From contig JBFWNL010000010.1 in NCBI GenBank assembly GCA_050251055.1, forward strand, positions 65,833 to 129,832: DNA of 64,000 nt, written 5' to 3'. Shown here piece by piece: positions 46,898-57,760 of the stretch (its first letter is position 1; each line of letters starts with the position of its first letter). A model generated the notes under the pieces. The model was not told the DNA's origin and did no database searches. It worked only from the letters and a program-made list of their open reading frames with translations. Made by a program: the position numbers and the translations under genes. Origin of the DNA: Bacteriovoracia bacterium. GTDB lineage: Bacteria; Bdellovibrionota; UBA1018; JBFWNL01.

Positions 46898-49800
46898 ATT
46901 TGAGGTCGATCCCGTAAGAATCCTTATCCTTCGTGTTCGCGTCTTCGAACGTGGTCCAAATACCGATTACCGACACTCCCGGCACGACATCGTGAACTTC
47001 CACTTTGCCTTCTTGCGAAGAGCCCGTGCCCACGCCCACGGTGCTACCATAGGAGACATCCAACTGCTTGCCAATGCGCCGCTTGATCACGATCTTAGGG
47101 GACGCACCCGCCTCCGCCTCCGAGCTGCGTCGAAAAATACTAGTTCCTTCCTGAGTACTGACCGCCTGGTCGAGCTGGATTTCAAATCCCGTTTTATTCT
47201 TTACGTCGCGGTTGAATCCGAAAGAATCGAGCAAGAGCGACGCACCCTGGCCCTGCTGAAGCGTGGCTTGATCGCCCGCGCGGAAGCGCTGCATATCTTC
47301 GGTCGTGAAGCCCAGCGCCAGCAACGAAAGGATTTCCGCCTGTGGAAGTACAGGATCGGAGGTAAGCTCGATCGTCATCTTCGACGAGGTGCCCGAGGCA
47401 TACATTTTAATCTTCGTGCTCTTCACCTCCGTGCGCGCGGTCAGGCTAAACTTCGGATCGAGCACCGTGGGATTATCGAAGTCGACGCGACCGGAATCGA
47501 TTTGAAAGCTGCGGTCCTTGAAATTCAACGTACCGCGAATCACATCGGCGCTGCCCAGCAGGCGCGGCACGTCCGTGGTGTTGACGATCTTCACCTTCGC
47601 TTTCAACTCGGCGTCGAATAGGTCATTTTTAACTACCACCTCGTCCTCGGCGTTCACGTTAATATTAAGTTTGAACGTGGGATAGTCGCTGTCACGCAAC
47701 GTGCCGGGAGGCGGCGTGAACTTAGCTGACTTGCGAATGCCACCGGTTTTCTTGTCCAAGATGTTTTCGTGGGAAACGGCCGACATGAGGTGAATATTCC
47801 CGTCCACCTGGTACGGGAGCCTATCGCCGAACACTCCGAGCGTACCCTCGACCTTGGCTACCTGAAAGGGATAGATCTTCAGCCGGTTTTCCTGTAACTG
47901 GGCGTCGAGCTTCAGCTTGGGCATACGATCGGGATAGAGCTCAATTTCCCCGTTGACCAAGACGGATCCGCCGGCGAGCTTGGCGCGTAGATCTTTTACA
48001 CTCACGACGTTTTGCTTGAACTTAAAGGCGCCGTTAATGGCTTCGAAAGGGTTGTCTAGCGAAGGGATCTGCAACTGGGCCCCCTTCAGAATGGCCACGC
48101 CCACGAAAACCGGTTCCTTGAGTTTGCCCGAAAGCTGGATATCCAGGTCGGCGTTCCCGTTGGCGCGGGTGATGCTCGAGGTGAGAAACTCGGCGATGCG
48201 GATATCCAGCTCGCCTCCCAGGCTGCCCACGAGCTTCTCGGCCGTGCCACGCACGGAAGCCCGGACCGTGCCATCTCCCCCGGTGATCCGAACGTCGCCG
48301 AGGTCGAACTGGCCGCGAACGATCCGGGAGCCAACGGGTTTCACGAGCTGGAATCGGCTGCCGGACTTACCTAACACCCATTCCGTGAATTCGACCTTCC
48401 CATCCCCGTGCTCCAACCGATTGGATTCGAAATCAAGGTCAATAGATCCCGTGACCGTGCCCACCAGCTCCGCGTCTTGGATTAGCTTCGGATTGAGCAG
48501 TAGCAACACGGGCGAGAAATCCAACTTCCGCAACGACGCATGAATACGGCTCGGGGTTCCTGGCTTGAAGCCATAGCTCGCCTTGACCTCGGCCTGTCCC
48601 CCGTTCAAGACACCGTTCAACTTCATGAGTCCGCGCTCGGTGTCGAGCTGTAGGTGCGAGGACGGGATACGCACGCCCCGCACGGTGGGATCGTTTAGTT
48701 GAACCAGGCTGCGCGACGTGATGAACCCTTTCTGCATTTCCCCGTTGCTGCTGATCTCGACTTCGCCTTTCAACGGGACATCCAAGCGAGCGACGTGATC
48801 GAGATCAGAGAGCGTGAGAGCCGACGTTTTTAGGTTCCACTTTAATTGCTCTTCGGACTTTCCGTCGCCCCGGTAGGAGATCGATCCGTGAATCTCGCCC
48901 CGGTTCTTGACCGCGCGCAGATCGCTAATATGGTAACGACCTCGGTCATAGCCCCCCTTGATGGAGACGGACGAAAACTTCTCTCCCAGATAGTCCCAGT
49001 CCTTGCCGATGAGCTGGCTGTCGATGACCATCTCTGCATTGGATACCCCGCCGCTCAACTCCACTTTGCCGTAGAACCCCCCGGTGAGGGAGGAAGGAAA
49101 CCAGGAGATCGGTTCGACGAGCCGATTGAAGATAAAGAAGAAATCCTGCAGGTCTCCCCGCACGATGCTAAATCCTAGCCCCAGGCGTTCAACGTCACCA
49201 AGCTCGATTTTACCGTCGGCGATATAAGCGGTCTGACCTTGCTTGGCGTTGACCTTGTCGAAGAGCAGCTCCTCCGGTCCGTCGTCCCAGGTAATGCGCC
49301 CATTGAGATCTCCCAAATTCAGCCCGAGATACTGCGCGTCTTTCACGGCCGTATCGAAATCGATATAGACGTGGCTCGAAGGTCCATGGACATGGACTTT
49401 GAGTTCCCCCACGCCGCGCACGGGGTTTTCGGAAATCGTCCCCACATCCGCGAGATCCACCTTACCTTGGGCGCGCAGGCCATAACCGGTTTTGAAATCA
49501 ATGCTACCGCCGACCTGAAAATTCGTCTGGGACCCCATCGACATCTGCAAGCCATCTGGCCGCAGTTCGCGGGCATTCACCCGAACGCCGCCATCCAGTC
49601 GGAGCCTACCTATCTTGAGCAGGTGCCGCAGCGGTTTCTCTACTCCGAACCGCTGGTTATCGTAACGAAAGTCGGGAATATCCAGGTGCAGCTCCGTCGC
49701 CAGTTCCCACTTCGGACCAGGTCGATATTCCACCTTCGCGATCCCGGAAACCCGGAAATTGAGCGGATAAACGTCCTTCATGGCGTCCGGCAGAAACCAG

Positions 49801-50987
49801 TGCAGGTGCGCACGCTCAAACTTAACGGGCACCGTGATGGGTGTCGTAGGATTCCGGGGATTGATGCGGAAAGAGCCGATTTCTAGCTTCCCACCGTGCG
49901 CGGGCGACCGGGAACCCTGGCGATCGATTTCCTTTGACTGCAACTCCACGCGCGTGACGACGATCTCGCGGGTCGGCGCCCACTCCGCCTCGGCCATCAG
50001 GAAGTCCGTTTTCCACTGACGAAACGCGAAGTCCTTGCCGGTAACCAATCCCTTGGCTTGCACGGTCCGGTCGAAGTCCGTGAGATCTGCCACGATACTG
50101 CCTTTGAAACCCAGCTGTCCCGCCGCCTTCTCCTGCAAGCGAAAGAAATCGAGAAAGTTATCGCATTCGCCGAAAATATCGACCGTGGAATCAAGCAGCA
50201 ATCGCTTGGGCTCCAGCAGATTTCCCTTCAGGCCACCCGTGACGGAAGCGGAAAGGCCGCTGCTTTTGAGCTTAAACTGCCGGATCTGCACGCCCTGCGA
50301 GCTGACGTTCACCACCGCCTTTAGATTCTCGATACCGGCCGGGACCTTCCACTTCTCCGGGAAACGTCCGGCGATGCGCTCAAGCTCCAAGGCCAGCTCG
50401 ACGCCCGCGCCTCCCCGCCCGCGCCACTGCGCGATCCGCAGATCCTTCGCCAAAAACCCCGCCTCGATATGCGGATCGACCCACTCAAAATCCACCTTGG
50501 TGTTTTGGAAGGCCAGGGCGTCGGCCTGCACCCGTACCAAATCTTCCCATCGGAAACTTAAACCGGCACCGCGCTCCTTGGGCTTCGTCTTCCCTAGCTG
50601 CTTGGGGTCGATGCTTACCGAGATGTTGCCATCCACGACCAGCACCTCGTGCACGCGAATCTTGCCCGATAGCATTTGCAGGGGAAAGAAAAGCAGATCG
50701 ATGCGACGGGCATCGACGCGGATACCGGGCGGTAGGTCCAGTACGTTTCCTTCCGCAAGTCTCACCTTCGGCTCCGTCACGGATAGTCCGGGCGGAAAGA
50801 AATGCACACGAAATTCCTTGAAGTCGCCGGAGATTCCCCATTCCTTGGGCACGTGCTTGGCGAGCGCGCGCTTCACCGTCTCGGCGAACCGGGCGCTCTG
50901 CACCAGTAAGATCGCGCCCACGACCAATCCACCGACCGTGGCCAGGAAAACGTACAGAATTCGCTTGGGCTGCCGTGACTGGCGCAT
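46878..50987 (-). CDS. tamB: Translocation and assembly module TamB
   Basis: 1369 aa, N-terminal TM, beta-taco repeats, LTSDPVLPQAEILSLLALG, GIDLKYEKKFK. Confidence 0.9.
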   Translation of the reverse strand: MRQSRQPKRILYVFLATVGGLVVGAILLVQSARFAETVKRALAKHVPKEWGISGDFKEFRVHFFPPGLSVTEPKVRLAEGNVLDLPPGIRVDARRIDLLFFPLQMLSGKIRVHEVLVVDGNISVSIDPKQLGKTKPKERGAGLSFRWEDLVRVQADALAFQNTKVDFEWVDPHIEAGFLAKDLRIAQWRGRGGAGVELALELERIAGRFPEKWKVPAGIENLKAVVNVSSQGVQIRQFKLKSSGLSASVTGGLKGNLLEPKRLLLDSTVDIFGECDNFLDFFRLQEKAAGQLGFKGSIVADLTDFDRTVQAKGLVTGKDFAFRQWKTDFLMAEAEWAPTREIVVTRVELQSKEIDRQGSRSPAHGGKLEIGSFRINPRNPTTPITVPVKFERAHLHWFLPDAMKDVYPLNFRVSGIAKVEYRPGPKWELATELHLDIPDFRYDNQRFGVEKPLRHLLKIGRLRLDGGVRVNARELRPDGLQMSMGSQTNFQVGGSIDFKTGYGLRAQGKVDLADVGTISENPVRGVGELKVHVHGPSSHVYIDFDTAVKDAQYLGLNLGDLNGRITWDDGPEELLFDKVNAKQGQTAYIADGKIELGDVERLGLGFSIVRGDLQDFFFIFNRLVEPISWFPSSLTGGFYGKVELSGGVSNAEMVIDSQLIGKDWDYLGEKFSSVSIKGGYDRGRYHISDLRAVKNRGEIHGSISYRGDGKSEEQLKWNLKTSALTLSDLDHVARLDVPLKGEVEISSNGEMQKGFITSRSLVQLNDPTVRGVRIPSSHLQLDTERGLMKLNGVLNGGQAEVKASYGFKPGTPSRIHASLRKLDFSPVLLLLNPKLIQDAELVGTVTGSIDLDFESNRLEHGDGKVEFTEWVLGKSGSRFQLVKPVGSRIVRGQFDLGDVRITGGDGTVRASVRGTAEKLVGSLGGELDIRIAEFLTSSITRANGNADLDIQLSGKLKEPVFVGVAILKGAQLQIPSLDNPFEAINGAFKFKQNVVSVKDLRAKLAGGSVLVNGEIELYPDRMPKLKLDAQLQENRLKIYPFQVAKVEGTLGVFGDRLPYQVDGNIHLMSAVSHENILDKKTGGIRKSAKFTPPPGTLRDSDYPTFKLNINVNAEDEVVVKNDLFDAELKAKVKIVNTTDVPRLLGSADVIRGTLNFKDRSFQIDSGRVDFDNPTVLDPKFSLTARTEVKSTKIKMYASGTSSKMTIELTSDPVLPQAEILSLLALGFTTEDMQRFRAGDQATLQQGQGASLLLDSFGFNRDVKNKTGFEIQLDQAVSTQEGTSIFRRSSEAEAGASPKIVIKRRIGKQLDVSYGSTVGVGTGSSQEGKVEVHDVVPGVSVIGIWTTFEDANTKDKDSYGIDLKYEKKFK

Positions 50988-51008
50988 TTTCTGGACTTCC
51001 GGCCTCGC

Positions 51009-51881
51009 TTAAGAACGGGGCCGATTCCCCCGTAATTGGTTCAACCGATCTTGGACATCGCGGTACCGTGGATCCGCGTGAGCGACCCATTCGAAACAAC
51101 TCATGGCTTCGGGCGCACTCCCGATCTGCTGATGCGCCACGCCCATGAGGTAGTACAGGTTCAGCTTCTGATCCGAGCTCAAATCGGAGCTCCCCAGAAA
51201 AGCCTCGAGACTCACCAAAGCCTCGAAAGGCTTGCGCATCGCCAGCTGCGCCTGAGCGACCAGCGTAGTGGAAATATAAATTAAATCCCCATCGGTCGAG
51301 GTTTTTCTTACGGCGTCAAATTGCGCAAAAGCGATGTCAGGAAGTCCCATTTGAAAATAAGCGATACCGACATCCAGACGCTCAGGCGCCGCGAGCGACG
51401 CCAAATCTTCGTCCAGGCGCCGTTTAAACTCCCGCACGTCCCGGTCATCCTTGAAAAGCTGCGCCAGCAGAGTGTCCCCACCATCGTCCAGCTGTAGGCC
51501 AAGGCTCTCATCCAGCTCGGCGATGATGGACTCGGTGTCCCAGTGCTCGGGCTCCCCACGGCGGCGGCCGCGACGCTCGCGACGCGGCGAATTTTCGTCA
51601 AAGAGCTGCTTGAGTTCCAATTCGTGAATTTCTTCCAGGAGTTCGCGCGCGACCACATGGCTCGCGTCGTCGCGCAGGATCCGCCAAAGCGTGCGCTTAG
51701 CCTCCTCGATCAACCCTTCGTTCACGAGAATGCGCGCGCTCTGGACGCTGTCGTCGAGATCGATCTGCTTAGTCGTGGAGGAAGGTGTGGCGCCGAGCGA
51801 TGGACTCGTGCGCAGAAGGTCCTCCGCCAAGTCGACGCGCGTGCCTTCGTTCAGATTTTCGTCGTCGTCACGTGGGGCCAA
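51009..51881 (-). CDS. TPR protein resembling the C-terminus of SgmX / Bdellovibrio Bd2492
   Basis: DVGIAYFQMGL, YYLMGVAHQQIG, DPRYRDVQDRL; between accC and tamB. Confidence 0.75.
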   Translation of the reverse strand: MAPRDDDENLNEGTRVDLAEDLLRTSPSLGATPSSTTKQIDLDDSVQSARILVNEGLIEEAKRTLWRILRDDASHVVARELLEEIHELELKQLFDENSPRRERRGRRRGEPEHWDTESIIAELDESLGLQLDDGGDTLLAQLFKDDRDVREFKRRLDEDLASLAAPERLDVGIAYFQMGLPDIAFAQFDAVRKTSTDGDLIYISTTLVAQAQLAMRKPFEALVSLEAFLGSSDLSSDQKLNLYYLMGVAHQQIGSAPEAMSCFEWVAHADPRYRDVQDRLNQLRGNRPRS

Positions 51882-51892
51882 TCCCCTTAATT

Positions 51893-53251
51893 TTACTCGT
51901 ATTTTGGCAGGAACTCTTCCAAAAAGTGGGTGTCAAATTCCCCGTCACAGAACTTCTTACTCGCGAGAATTTTTTTATGAAAAGGGATATTGGTCTGAAT
52001 TCCTTCGATCACGAATTCGTCAAGTGCTTGGCGCATCTTCGCGATCGCTTCCGCGCGCGTGGGCGCGTGCACGATTAACTTGCCCAACATCGAATCGTAA
52101 AACGGAACCACTTTGTACTGCGCGTACACGAAGCTGTCCACGCGCACGCCGTATCCACCCGGCACATGGAGCGCCGTTATTTTGCCGGGCGACGGGGCAA
52201 AAGTTTCCGGGTGCTCGGCGTTGATCCGGCATTCGATGGAATGCGACTCGATGCTCACGTCTTCCTGTCGAAACGACAGGGGCCGGCCGGCGGCGAGGCG
52301 GATCTGCTCCTTGATCAAATCGAATCCGGTGACCATCTCGGTAACCGGGTGTTCGACCTGGATGCGCGTATTCATCTCCATGAAGTAGAAGCTTTTATCT
52401 TCGTCGAGCAGGAATTCCACCGTACCCACGTTCTCGTAGTTCACGTGCGCGCAGAGCTTCAGCGCGGCTTCGCCCATCTTTTGCCGAAGCGCCGAATCGA
52501 GCGCGGGACTCGGAGCTTCCTCAAGGATCTTCTGGTGGCGGCGCTGGATCGTACAGTCACGTTCGCCTAAAAAAATGCGGCCGCCTTGCTTGTCGCAGGC
52601 GACTTGGATCTCCACGTGCCGGGGCTTCTCGCAGTACTTTTCGATGTACATGGCGCCATTGCCGAACGCGGCCTTGGCTTCCTCGCTCACGCGGGCAAAC
52701 GACGACTGCAGCTGCTGCTGGTTATAGACGACGTAAATGCCGCGACCGCCGCCACCCGCCGCCGCCTTCAAGATCACGGGGTAACGAATGCGTTCGGCTT
52801 CGCGCATAGCGTCCTCGACCGTCGGCACCGGATCGAGCGTGCCGGGCAACATCGGGATACCCGCTTCTTTCGCCATCTTCCGGGCCATGGTCTTCTCGCC
52901 CATGACCGTGATGTTATCGGGCGACGGACCGATGAACGTAATATCGCATTCGCGGCAGAGGCGCGCGAACTCGGCGTTCTCGGACAAGAAACCGTAGCCC
53001 GGATGGATCGCATCCGCGTTGGTGATGTCGGCCGCCGAAAGCAGCGCCGCGATGTTGAGGTAACTGAGCTTCGAGGGCGCCGGGCCGATGCAGACGGCCT
53101 CGTCGGCGAGTTTTACGTGCAAGGAGTTTTCATCGGCTTTGGAATAGACCGCGACCGTGTTGATCCCCAACTCCTTGCAGGCGCGGATCACGCGCAGGGC
53201 GATTTCCCCGCGATTGGCAATGAGTACTTTCTGGAACAGCGGCGCGTTCAT
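51893..53251 (-). CDS. accC: Acetyl-CoA carboxylase biotin carboxylase
   Basis: IANRGEIA, HPGYGFLSEN, GGGGRG, EMNTRIQVEHPVTE, YDSMLGKL. Confidence 0.97.
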   Translation of the reverse strand: MNAPLFQKVLIANRGEIALRVIRACKELGINTVAVYSKADENSLHVKLADEAVCIGPAPSKLSYLNIAALLSAADITNADAIHPGYGFLSENAEFARLCRECDITFIGPSPDNITVMGEKTMARKMAKEAGIPMLPGTLDPVPTVEDAMREAERIRYPVILKAAAGGGGRGIYVVYNQQQLQSSFARVSEEAKAAFGNGAMYIEKYCEKPRHVEIQVACDKQGGRIFLGERDCTIQRRHQKILEEAPSPALDSALRQKMGEAALKLCAHVNYENVGTVEFLLDEDKSFYFMEMNTRIQVEHPVTEMVTGFDLIKEQIRLAAGRPLSFRQEDVSIESHSIECRINAEHPETFAPSPGKITALHVPGGYGVRVDSFVYAQYKVVPFYDSMLGKLIVHAPTRAEAIAKMRQALDEFVIEGIQTNIPFHKKILASKKFCDGEFDTHFLEEFLPKYE

Positions 53252-53263
53252 CGGGAGGCGGTT

Positions 53264-53803
53264 TTAGGTTTCCACGACGAAGAGCGGCTCGCCGAATTCG
53301 ACGGGCTGGCCGTTCTCCACCAGAATCGACACGATTTTACCCGAAATTTCGGCTTCGATTTCGTTCATGAGCTTCATCGCTTCCACGATGCAAAGCACGT
53401 CGCCACGCTTCACGCTCTGGCCTTCCTTCACGTACGGGTCTTGATCGGGGGACGGGGAACGATAGAAGGTGCCCACGAAGGGGGAAAGGATCTGCTTCTG
53501 GTTCGTGGGCAATCCCCCCACAGGCTTCGCGTCGCCGCCGGACAATGCCGAGACCGGCGCGGGCATGCGCTCCACGACGGTTTCCCGAGCCACGGCAGCG
53601 GTCGAAACCAGGTTCGCCGGCTGGGCCTGGGCACCGGCCAAAGTGCGCAGGCTCAATCGCTCGCCGTTTTTTTCCCATTCGAAATCAGCAATGCCGTTGT
53701 CGTTCAGGAGCTTGAAGAGTTTCTCGAGATGATCGTAATCGAACGCGCCGCCGGACTTGGCCTTGGGCGCGGTCGTCTTGCCAGTTTTGGATTTCGCCGC
53801 CAT
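53264..53803 (-). CDS. accB: Biotin carboxyl carrier protein
   Basis: [30 protein letters not shown]. Confidence 0.97.
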   Translation of the reverse strand: MAAKSKTGKTTAPKAKSGGAFDYDHLEKLFKLLNDNGIADFEWEKNGERLSLRTLAGAQAQPANLVSTAAVARETVVERMPAPVSALSGGDAKPVGGLPTNQKQILSPFVGTFYRSPSPDQDPYVKEGQSVKRGDVLCIVEAMKLMNEIEAEISGKIVSILVENGQPVEFGEPLFVVET

Positions 53804-53808
53804 GGTCG

Positions 53809-54372
53809 TTACTTATTCACTTTTTCCGAATACGTTCCGTCGCGAGTATCGACCTTCAGCAAGTCGCCTTCCTTAATATGCATGGGCACCATGATGCGGG
53901 CGCCGCTCTCGAGCGTGCAGTACTTGGAGGCGCCGGAAACCGTATCGCCCTTCACCGCCGGATCGGCTTCCTTCACGTAAAGCTCGACGAAGGTCGGGAA
54001 CTCCACGCCGATGGGGCGCTCGTTGAAGTAGGTGATCTGCAAGACGAGATTTTCCTTCAGGTAACCTACCTGCTCGCCCAGCTGGTCTTTCGAAAGCACC
54101 ACCTGGTCGTAGGTGGCGTTGTTCATGAAGTGAAACCCTTCGGCATCGCCGTAGAGATACTGCATCTCGCGCTCTTCCGTGTCCGCGCGGTCGACCTTGT
54201 CGCCCGACTTGAACGTGCGCTCGATGACGTTCTGGTTCAACATGTTGCGGATCTTGGTGCGCGTGAACGCGGCGCCCTTACCCGGGCTGACGTGTTGAAA
54301 ATCGACAATCTGAAAGGGGACGCCTTCAATCTCGATCTTGAGACCTTTGCGAAACTGGTTGGTTGCGTACAT
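53809..54372 (-). CDS. efp: Elongation factor P
   Basis: [34 protein letters not shown]; start ATG 54372. Confidence 0.97.
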   Translation of the reverse strand: MYATNQFRKGLKIEIEGVPFQIVDFQHVSPGKGAAFTRTKIRNMLNQNVIERTFKSGDKVDRADTEEREMQYLYGDAEGFHFMNNATYDQVVLSKDQLGEQVGYLKENLVLQITYFNERPIGVEFPTFVELYVKEADPAVKGDTVSGASKYCTLESGARIMVPMHIKEGDLLKVDTRDGTYSEKVNK

Positions 54373-54439
54373 ATGTCCGAGCTTCGTATCAAAGCCCATG
54401 GCCAGGGTCAATCGTCTTAGTGTAATTCTGGCTGTGATT

Positions 54440-55054
54440 CTAGCGACTTGACGCAGCGGGTCTTCGGCGCTCGAGTTTCAGCAGAAGGGCTTGAAGAAAC
54501 TCGATTTTTTTCATCCACGCCTGTCGCGCTCCCGAAGGGGAAGACGCTTTTCCCACCTCTTCCGCCTCGGAGAGCCCGTAAACCACCGCCGCTTCGGAAG
54601 CCGCCTCGCGGGCGGGCTCGCGCTTCACCACGAGGGCCCCCCCCTCGTACGCCTGCGCCTCGAGTTCCCAAACCATGCGCGTGACTTCGGTGTCGTCCGG
54701 CATGAAGTAAAGCAACATCTTATAATGATTCAACGCATCCGCGACCTGACCCAACATCAAGTGGCTCTCGGCGAGCAATCTCTGCGCGGCGATATTGTCC
54801 GGCACGTCCTGAACCACGGGGGTGAGTTCTAAAATCACCTCCTGATACATCTGCTTATCGAAGAGGGCTCGCGAGAGCGCGACCTTCCCTCCGATGAAAT
54901 TCGGGTGCACCTGCAACCCTTCGCGCGCGATTTCGATAGCTTCGTCAGCCAGGCCCGCCTTGCGATAAGCCTCCGCCAGCGGCGCGAAAACGCGTGACTG
55001 CGGATTCTCTTGGTATCGCTTCAAGTAGGTGTAAATGAGCGAGGACGAATCCAT
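54440..55054 (-). CDS. TPR protein downstream of pilQ
   Basis: YQENPQSRVFAPLAEAYRKAG TPR run; start ATG 55054. Confidence 0.85.
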   Translation of the reverse strand: MDSSSLIYTYLKRYQENPQSRVFAPLAEAYRKAGLADEAIEIAREGLQVHPNFIGGKVALSRALFDKQMYQEVILELTPVVQDVPDNIAAQRLLAESHLMLGQVADALNHYKMLLYFMPDDTEVTRMVWELEAQAYEGGALVVKREPAREAASEAAVVYGLSEAEEVGKASSPSGARQAWMKKIEFLQALLLKLERRRPAASSR

Positions 55055-55055
55055 G

Positions 55056-57014
55056 CTAGGTCCCGGTGGACTCCCCTTCCTCGAGCGGCGGGAGAGGCTC
55101 GACATCGAAGCCGTCTCCTTCGGCCGGGGGAGGCGGCGGGGCGGCCTCGGGGAATTCCTCCGATGGCGCGGTCGCCGTCGGCGGCACGGGCGCGGGCTTG
55201 ATCGGCGGTGAGCCCGTCGGGGCGCCAACGCGGCCGGCGCCTAAGCCGGCTTTCTTCACGTTGAGAATCCGGGGTGTAACGAAGATGAAGAGCTCGGTCC
55301 GCGTCACGTTGTCCACGGAGTTGCCAAAGAACATACCCAAGATCGGAATCTTGCGGAAAAACGGCAGCCCTTCCTCCGTATGATCTTGATCGACCGTGAA
55401 TAAACCCCCGATGACGAGGGTGTTTCCGCTTTCCACGAGCACCTGGGTATTCAGGTTACGATGCCCGACGCCCTGGGCCTCGCCCAGCTTCACGGGGTTA
55501 TCCTTGGAAAGCTTCAGATCCAGCAGCACGCCTTCGTCGTTGGTGATGGTCGGCGTGACGTCCAAGCTGATATTGGCGTCCTGGAACGACGTGGTCTTCT
55601 GCTCTACCCCGTTCTGGGTGGTAATCACGGTGTTAGCCACCGGCGTGGACTGCAGGAGTTTCGCGGAGCGTTTGTTCAAAACCACCACGCGCGGCGCAGA
55701 TACGACGCGGATCTTTTTCTCGCTCTCGAGCATCTGCAAGTTCATATTCAAACGGCTGAGCACGTTGCCCGGAATGAAGTTCATATTCGGCGAGATATTG
55801 GCCGAAACCCCGCCCGCGCCCCCCGCGGGAGGATAAAGCGGTTGCAGGCCCATGTCGTTGAAATTGGCTCCGTAGTTCGCGAAGCTGGGCGTTCCGCGCA
55901 GGGACAAGGCCCCCTTGATGAAGTTGTTGTTGCCCTCGCTGACTTCCACCACTTTCGACTCGACGATGACCTGCGGAGTCTGCGTGTCGAGCAGCTCCAC
56001 GAGCTTCGTCATGCGGTCGATGTTCTCGGCGATGTCCTGCACGATGATGCTGTTCGTGCGGGCGTCGACCTCGACCGTGCCTTGGGCCGCGGCATTCGCC
56101 GCGTTCGCGCCGCCTAGGCCACTCTTGCCGAACGTGCGCAAGATCTTCATCAGTTCGTTGGGATCGGCGTAGCTGATCGGGTAGACGCGCGTGATGCGGG
56201 GAGCGTTGGCCTCCGAAGCCTGCTTGGCCTGCAGCTCGGTCTGCTTCTCACGGGTCAGGTTGTCCAAGGTGAGGATGCGCAGGATGTTCTTGTTGCGCTC
56301 GGCGCCGAGCTTCATCGTTTGCAGCACGACATCCAGCGCCTGATCCCATGGCACTTCCTCGAGCGATAGCGTGATCTTCCCCTGGACTTCGGAGGAAATG
56401 ACCATATTAAAGCCACTGGTGTCGCCAATGAGACGAAGCACGTCGCGCACGTCGGCGTCGCGCACCTTCAAGGTGATGGGCGTACCGCTGAACGTTTGGG
56501 CTTTTAAATTACTTTCGAACTGCACCAGCTCGGGGTTCTCGGGGGGAGGAGTGCGTCCCAAGGCTCCGGTGCCGCCCCCGGTGGATCCCGTGACATTTGC
56601 GGCGCCCCCCGCGGAGTCGTCGTTGGGGATGCGAATCTGCAACTGATTGCCATTTTCAGTAACGTCGACGTTAGCCGGTCGACGCAGCTGGATCACCACG
56701 CGGCTTTGCCCGCCGGAAGTATACGGGCTCACCAGCGATACGGCGCTATTAAAGGAGGAGGTATCGAGCTTGCGTTTCGCGCCGGCGCGCAGGCGCGTAT
56801 TGCCCAAATCAATCACGACCTGGTTGTCCGCGGGATTGTCCTGGCGACTATAGGAAAGCGGCCCGCTGCCTCGGATGCTGACGACGCTCATGCCGTCCTT
56901 GACTTCGAAGTCGATTGAGCTCACATCGGCGGCCAGGGCCGGCATCACCACGAGCATGAGGCAAAGGATTGCGCTCATGAAAGCGCTCCTGCGACGCGAA
57001 TTGGCTTGAATCAT
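55056..57014 (-). CDS. pilQ: Type IV pilus secretin PilQ
   Basis: AMIN domain, DADVRDVLR, VPWDQALD, VDARTNSIIV, LDTQTPQV, ELFIFVTPRI. Confidence 0.95.
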   Translation of the reverse strand: MIQANSRRRSAFMSAILCLMLVVMPALAADVSSIDFEVKDGMSVVSIRGSGPLSYSRQDNPADNQVVIDLGNTRLRAGAKRKLDTSSFNSAVSLVSPYTSGGQSRVVIQLRRPANVDVTENGNQLQIRIPNDDSAGGAANVTGSTGGGTGALGRTPPPENPELVQFESNLKAQTFSGTPITLKVRDADVRDVLRLIGDTSGFNMVISSEVQGKITLSLEEVPWDQALDVVLQTMKLGAERNKNILRILTLDNLTREKQTELQAKQASEANAPRITRVYPISYADPNELMKILRTFGKSGLGGANAANAAAQGTVEVDARTNSIIVQDIAENIDRMTKLVELLDTQTPQVIVESKVVEVSEGNNNFIKGALSLRGTPSFANYGANFNDMGLQPLYPPAGGAGGVSANISPNMNFIPGNVLSRLNMNLQMLESEKKIRVVSAPRVVVLNKRSAKLLQSTPVANTVITTQNGVEQKTTSFQDANISLDVTPTITNDEGVLLDLKLSKDNPVKLGEAQGVGHRNLNTQVLVESGNTLVIGGLFTVDQDHTEEGLPFFRKIPILGMFFGNSVDNVTRTELFIFVTPRILNVKKAGLGAGRVGAPTGSPPIKPAPVPPTATAPSEEFPEAAPPPPPAEGDGFDVEPLPPLEEGESTGT

Positions 57015-57760
57015 CTTGACCCTCCTGGTCCGTCCGGTGGAGCCGGATTTCCGGTGGCCCCCCCGTTCATGTTGCCGTTGAAATTCGAGCTGCCTCCCGG
57101 AACCAGGTTCTCCGGCAGCGGCGCGCGATTGGTGGCATTCCGATCGCGACGCAAATAAATTTCCTCGTTGGCGTTCTGTGCCTGCACTTCTTGGGCGGCG
57201 CTCGCGACCCCTAGGGCGGTATCGGGCGGAAGCTGGATCAACGTCACCACGTCATCGAACTTACCCAAAATGTTCGGCACTTTTTCGGAAACCTCCACGT
57301 GCTGAGGCGTGATCGCCGTGATGGTGCCTTGCTGAAGGCCAATCTTATCCGAACGCTTCACGAAGTAGGTCCCGCCGTCCGGAGCCAAAATCATCGCGCG
57401 GGTCGGTCCCTTGCCTTTGATTACCCCGACCATCTTGTATTCGTTGGTGGCGAATTTGAGCAAAGGGTGCCGAGGCGCATTGGCGGCCGGAGCCAAAACC
57501 GGGCGCTTGAACGGATCGCGAATCTTCAAAACGTCGTCCACGGACCGCTCCTCGGGTTTGCGGTCCCGATTCGGATCGACGTTCCCCAGAATGCCGCGAA
57601 GGTTTTCCATGTTCAGCGTGGGCGAAGGAGACGGCACCGGAGCCGCCGTGGTCACGGGCGGGCTGGTCGCCGGAACAGTGGAAGGAGGCGCTCCCACCAC
57701 GGGAGTCCCGGATTCAGCTGCAGCCAAACTTAGTCCAATTCCCAACCAAAGGGCGATCAT
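57011..57760 (-). CDS. pilP: Type IV pilus protein PilP
   Basis: RDPF, YKMVGVI, AMILAPDG, KIG...GTITAI; position in pilMNOPQ. Confidence 0.88.
   Translation of the reverse strand: MIALWLGIGLSLAAAESGTPVVGAPPSTVPATSPPVTTAAPVPSPSPTLNMENLRGILGNVDPNRDRKPEERSVDDVLKIRDPFKRPVLAPAANAPRHPLLKFATNEYKMVGVIKGKGPTRAMILAPDGGTYFVKRSDKIGLQQGTITAITPQHVEVSEKVPNILGKFDDVVTLIQLPPDTALGVASAAQEVQAQNANEEIYLRRDRNATNRAPLPENLVPGGSSNFNGNMNGGATGNPAPPDGPGGSR

Noticed and set aside
52586-53980. 464-aa plus-strand ORF
   Set aside because: Antisense shadow of accC/accB/efp, typical of GC-rich codon bias.
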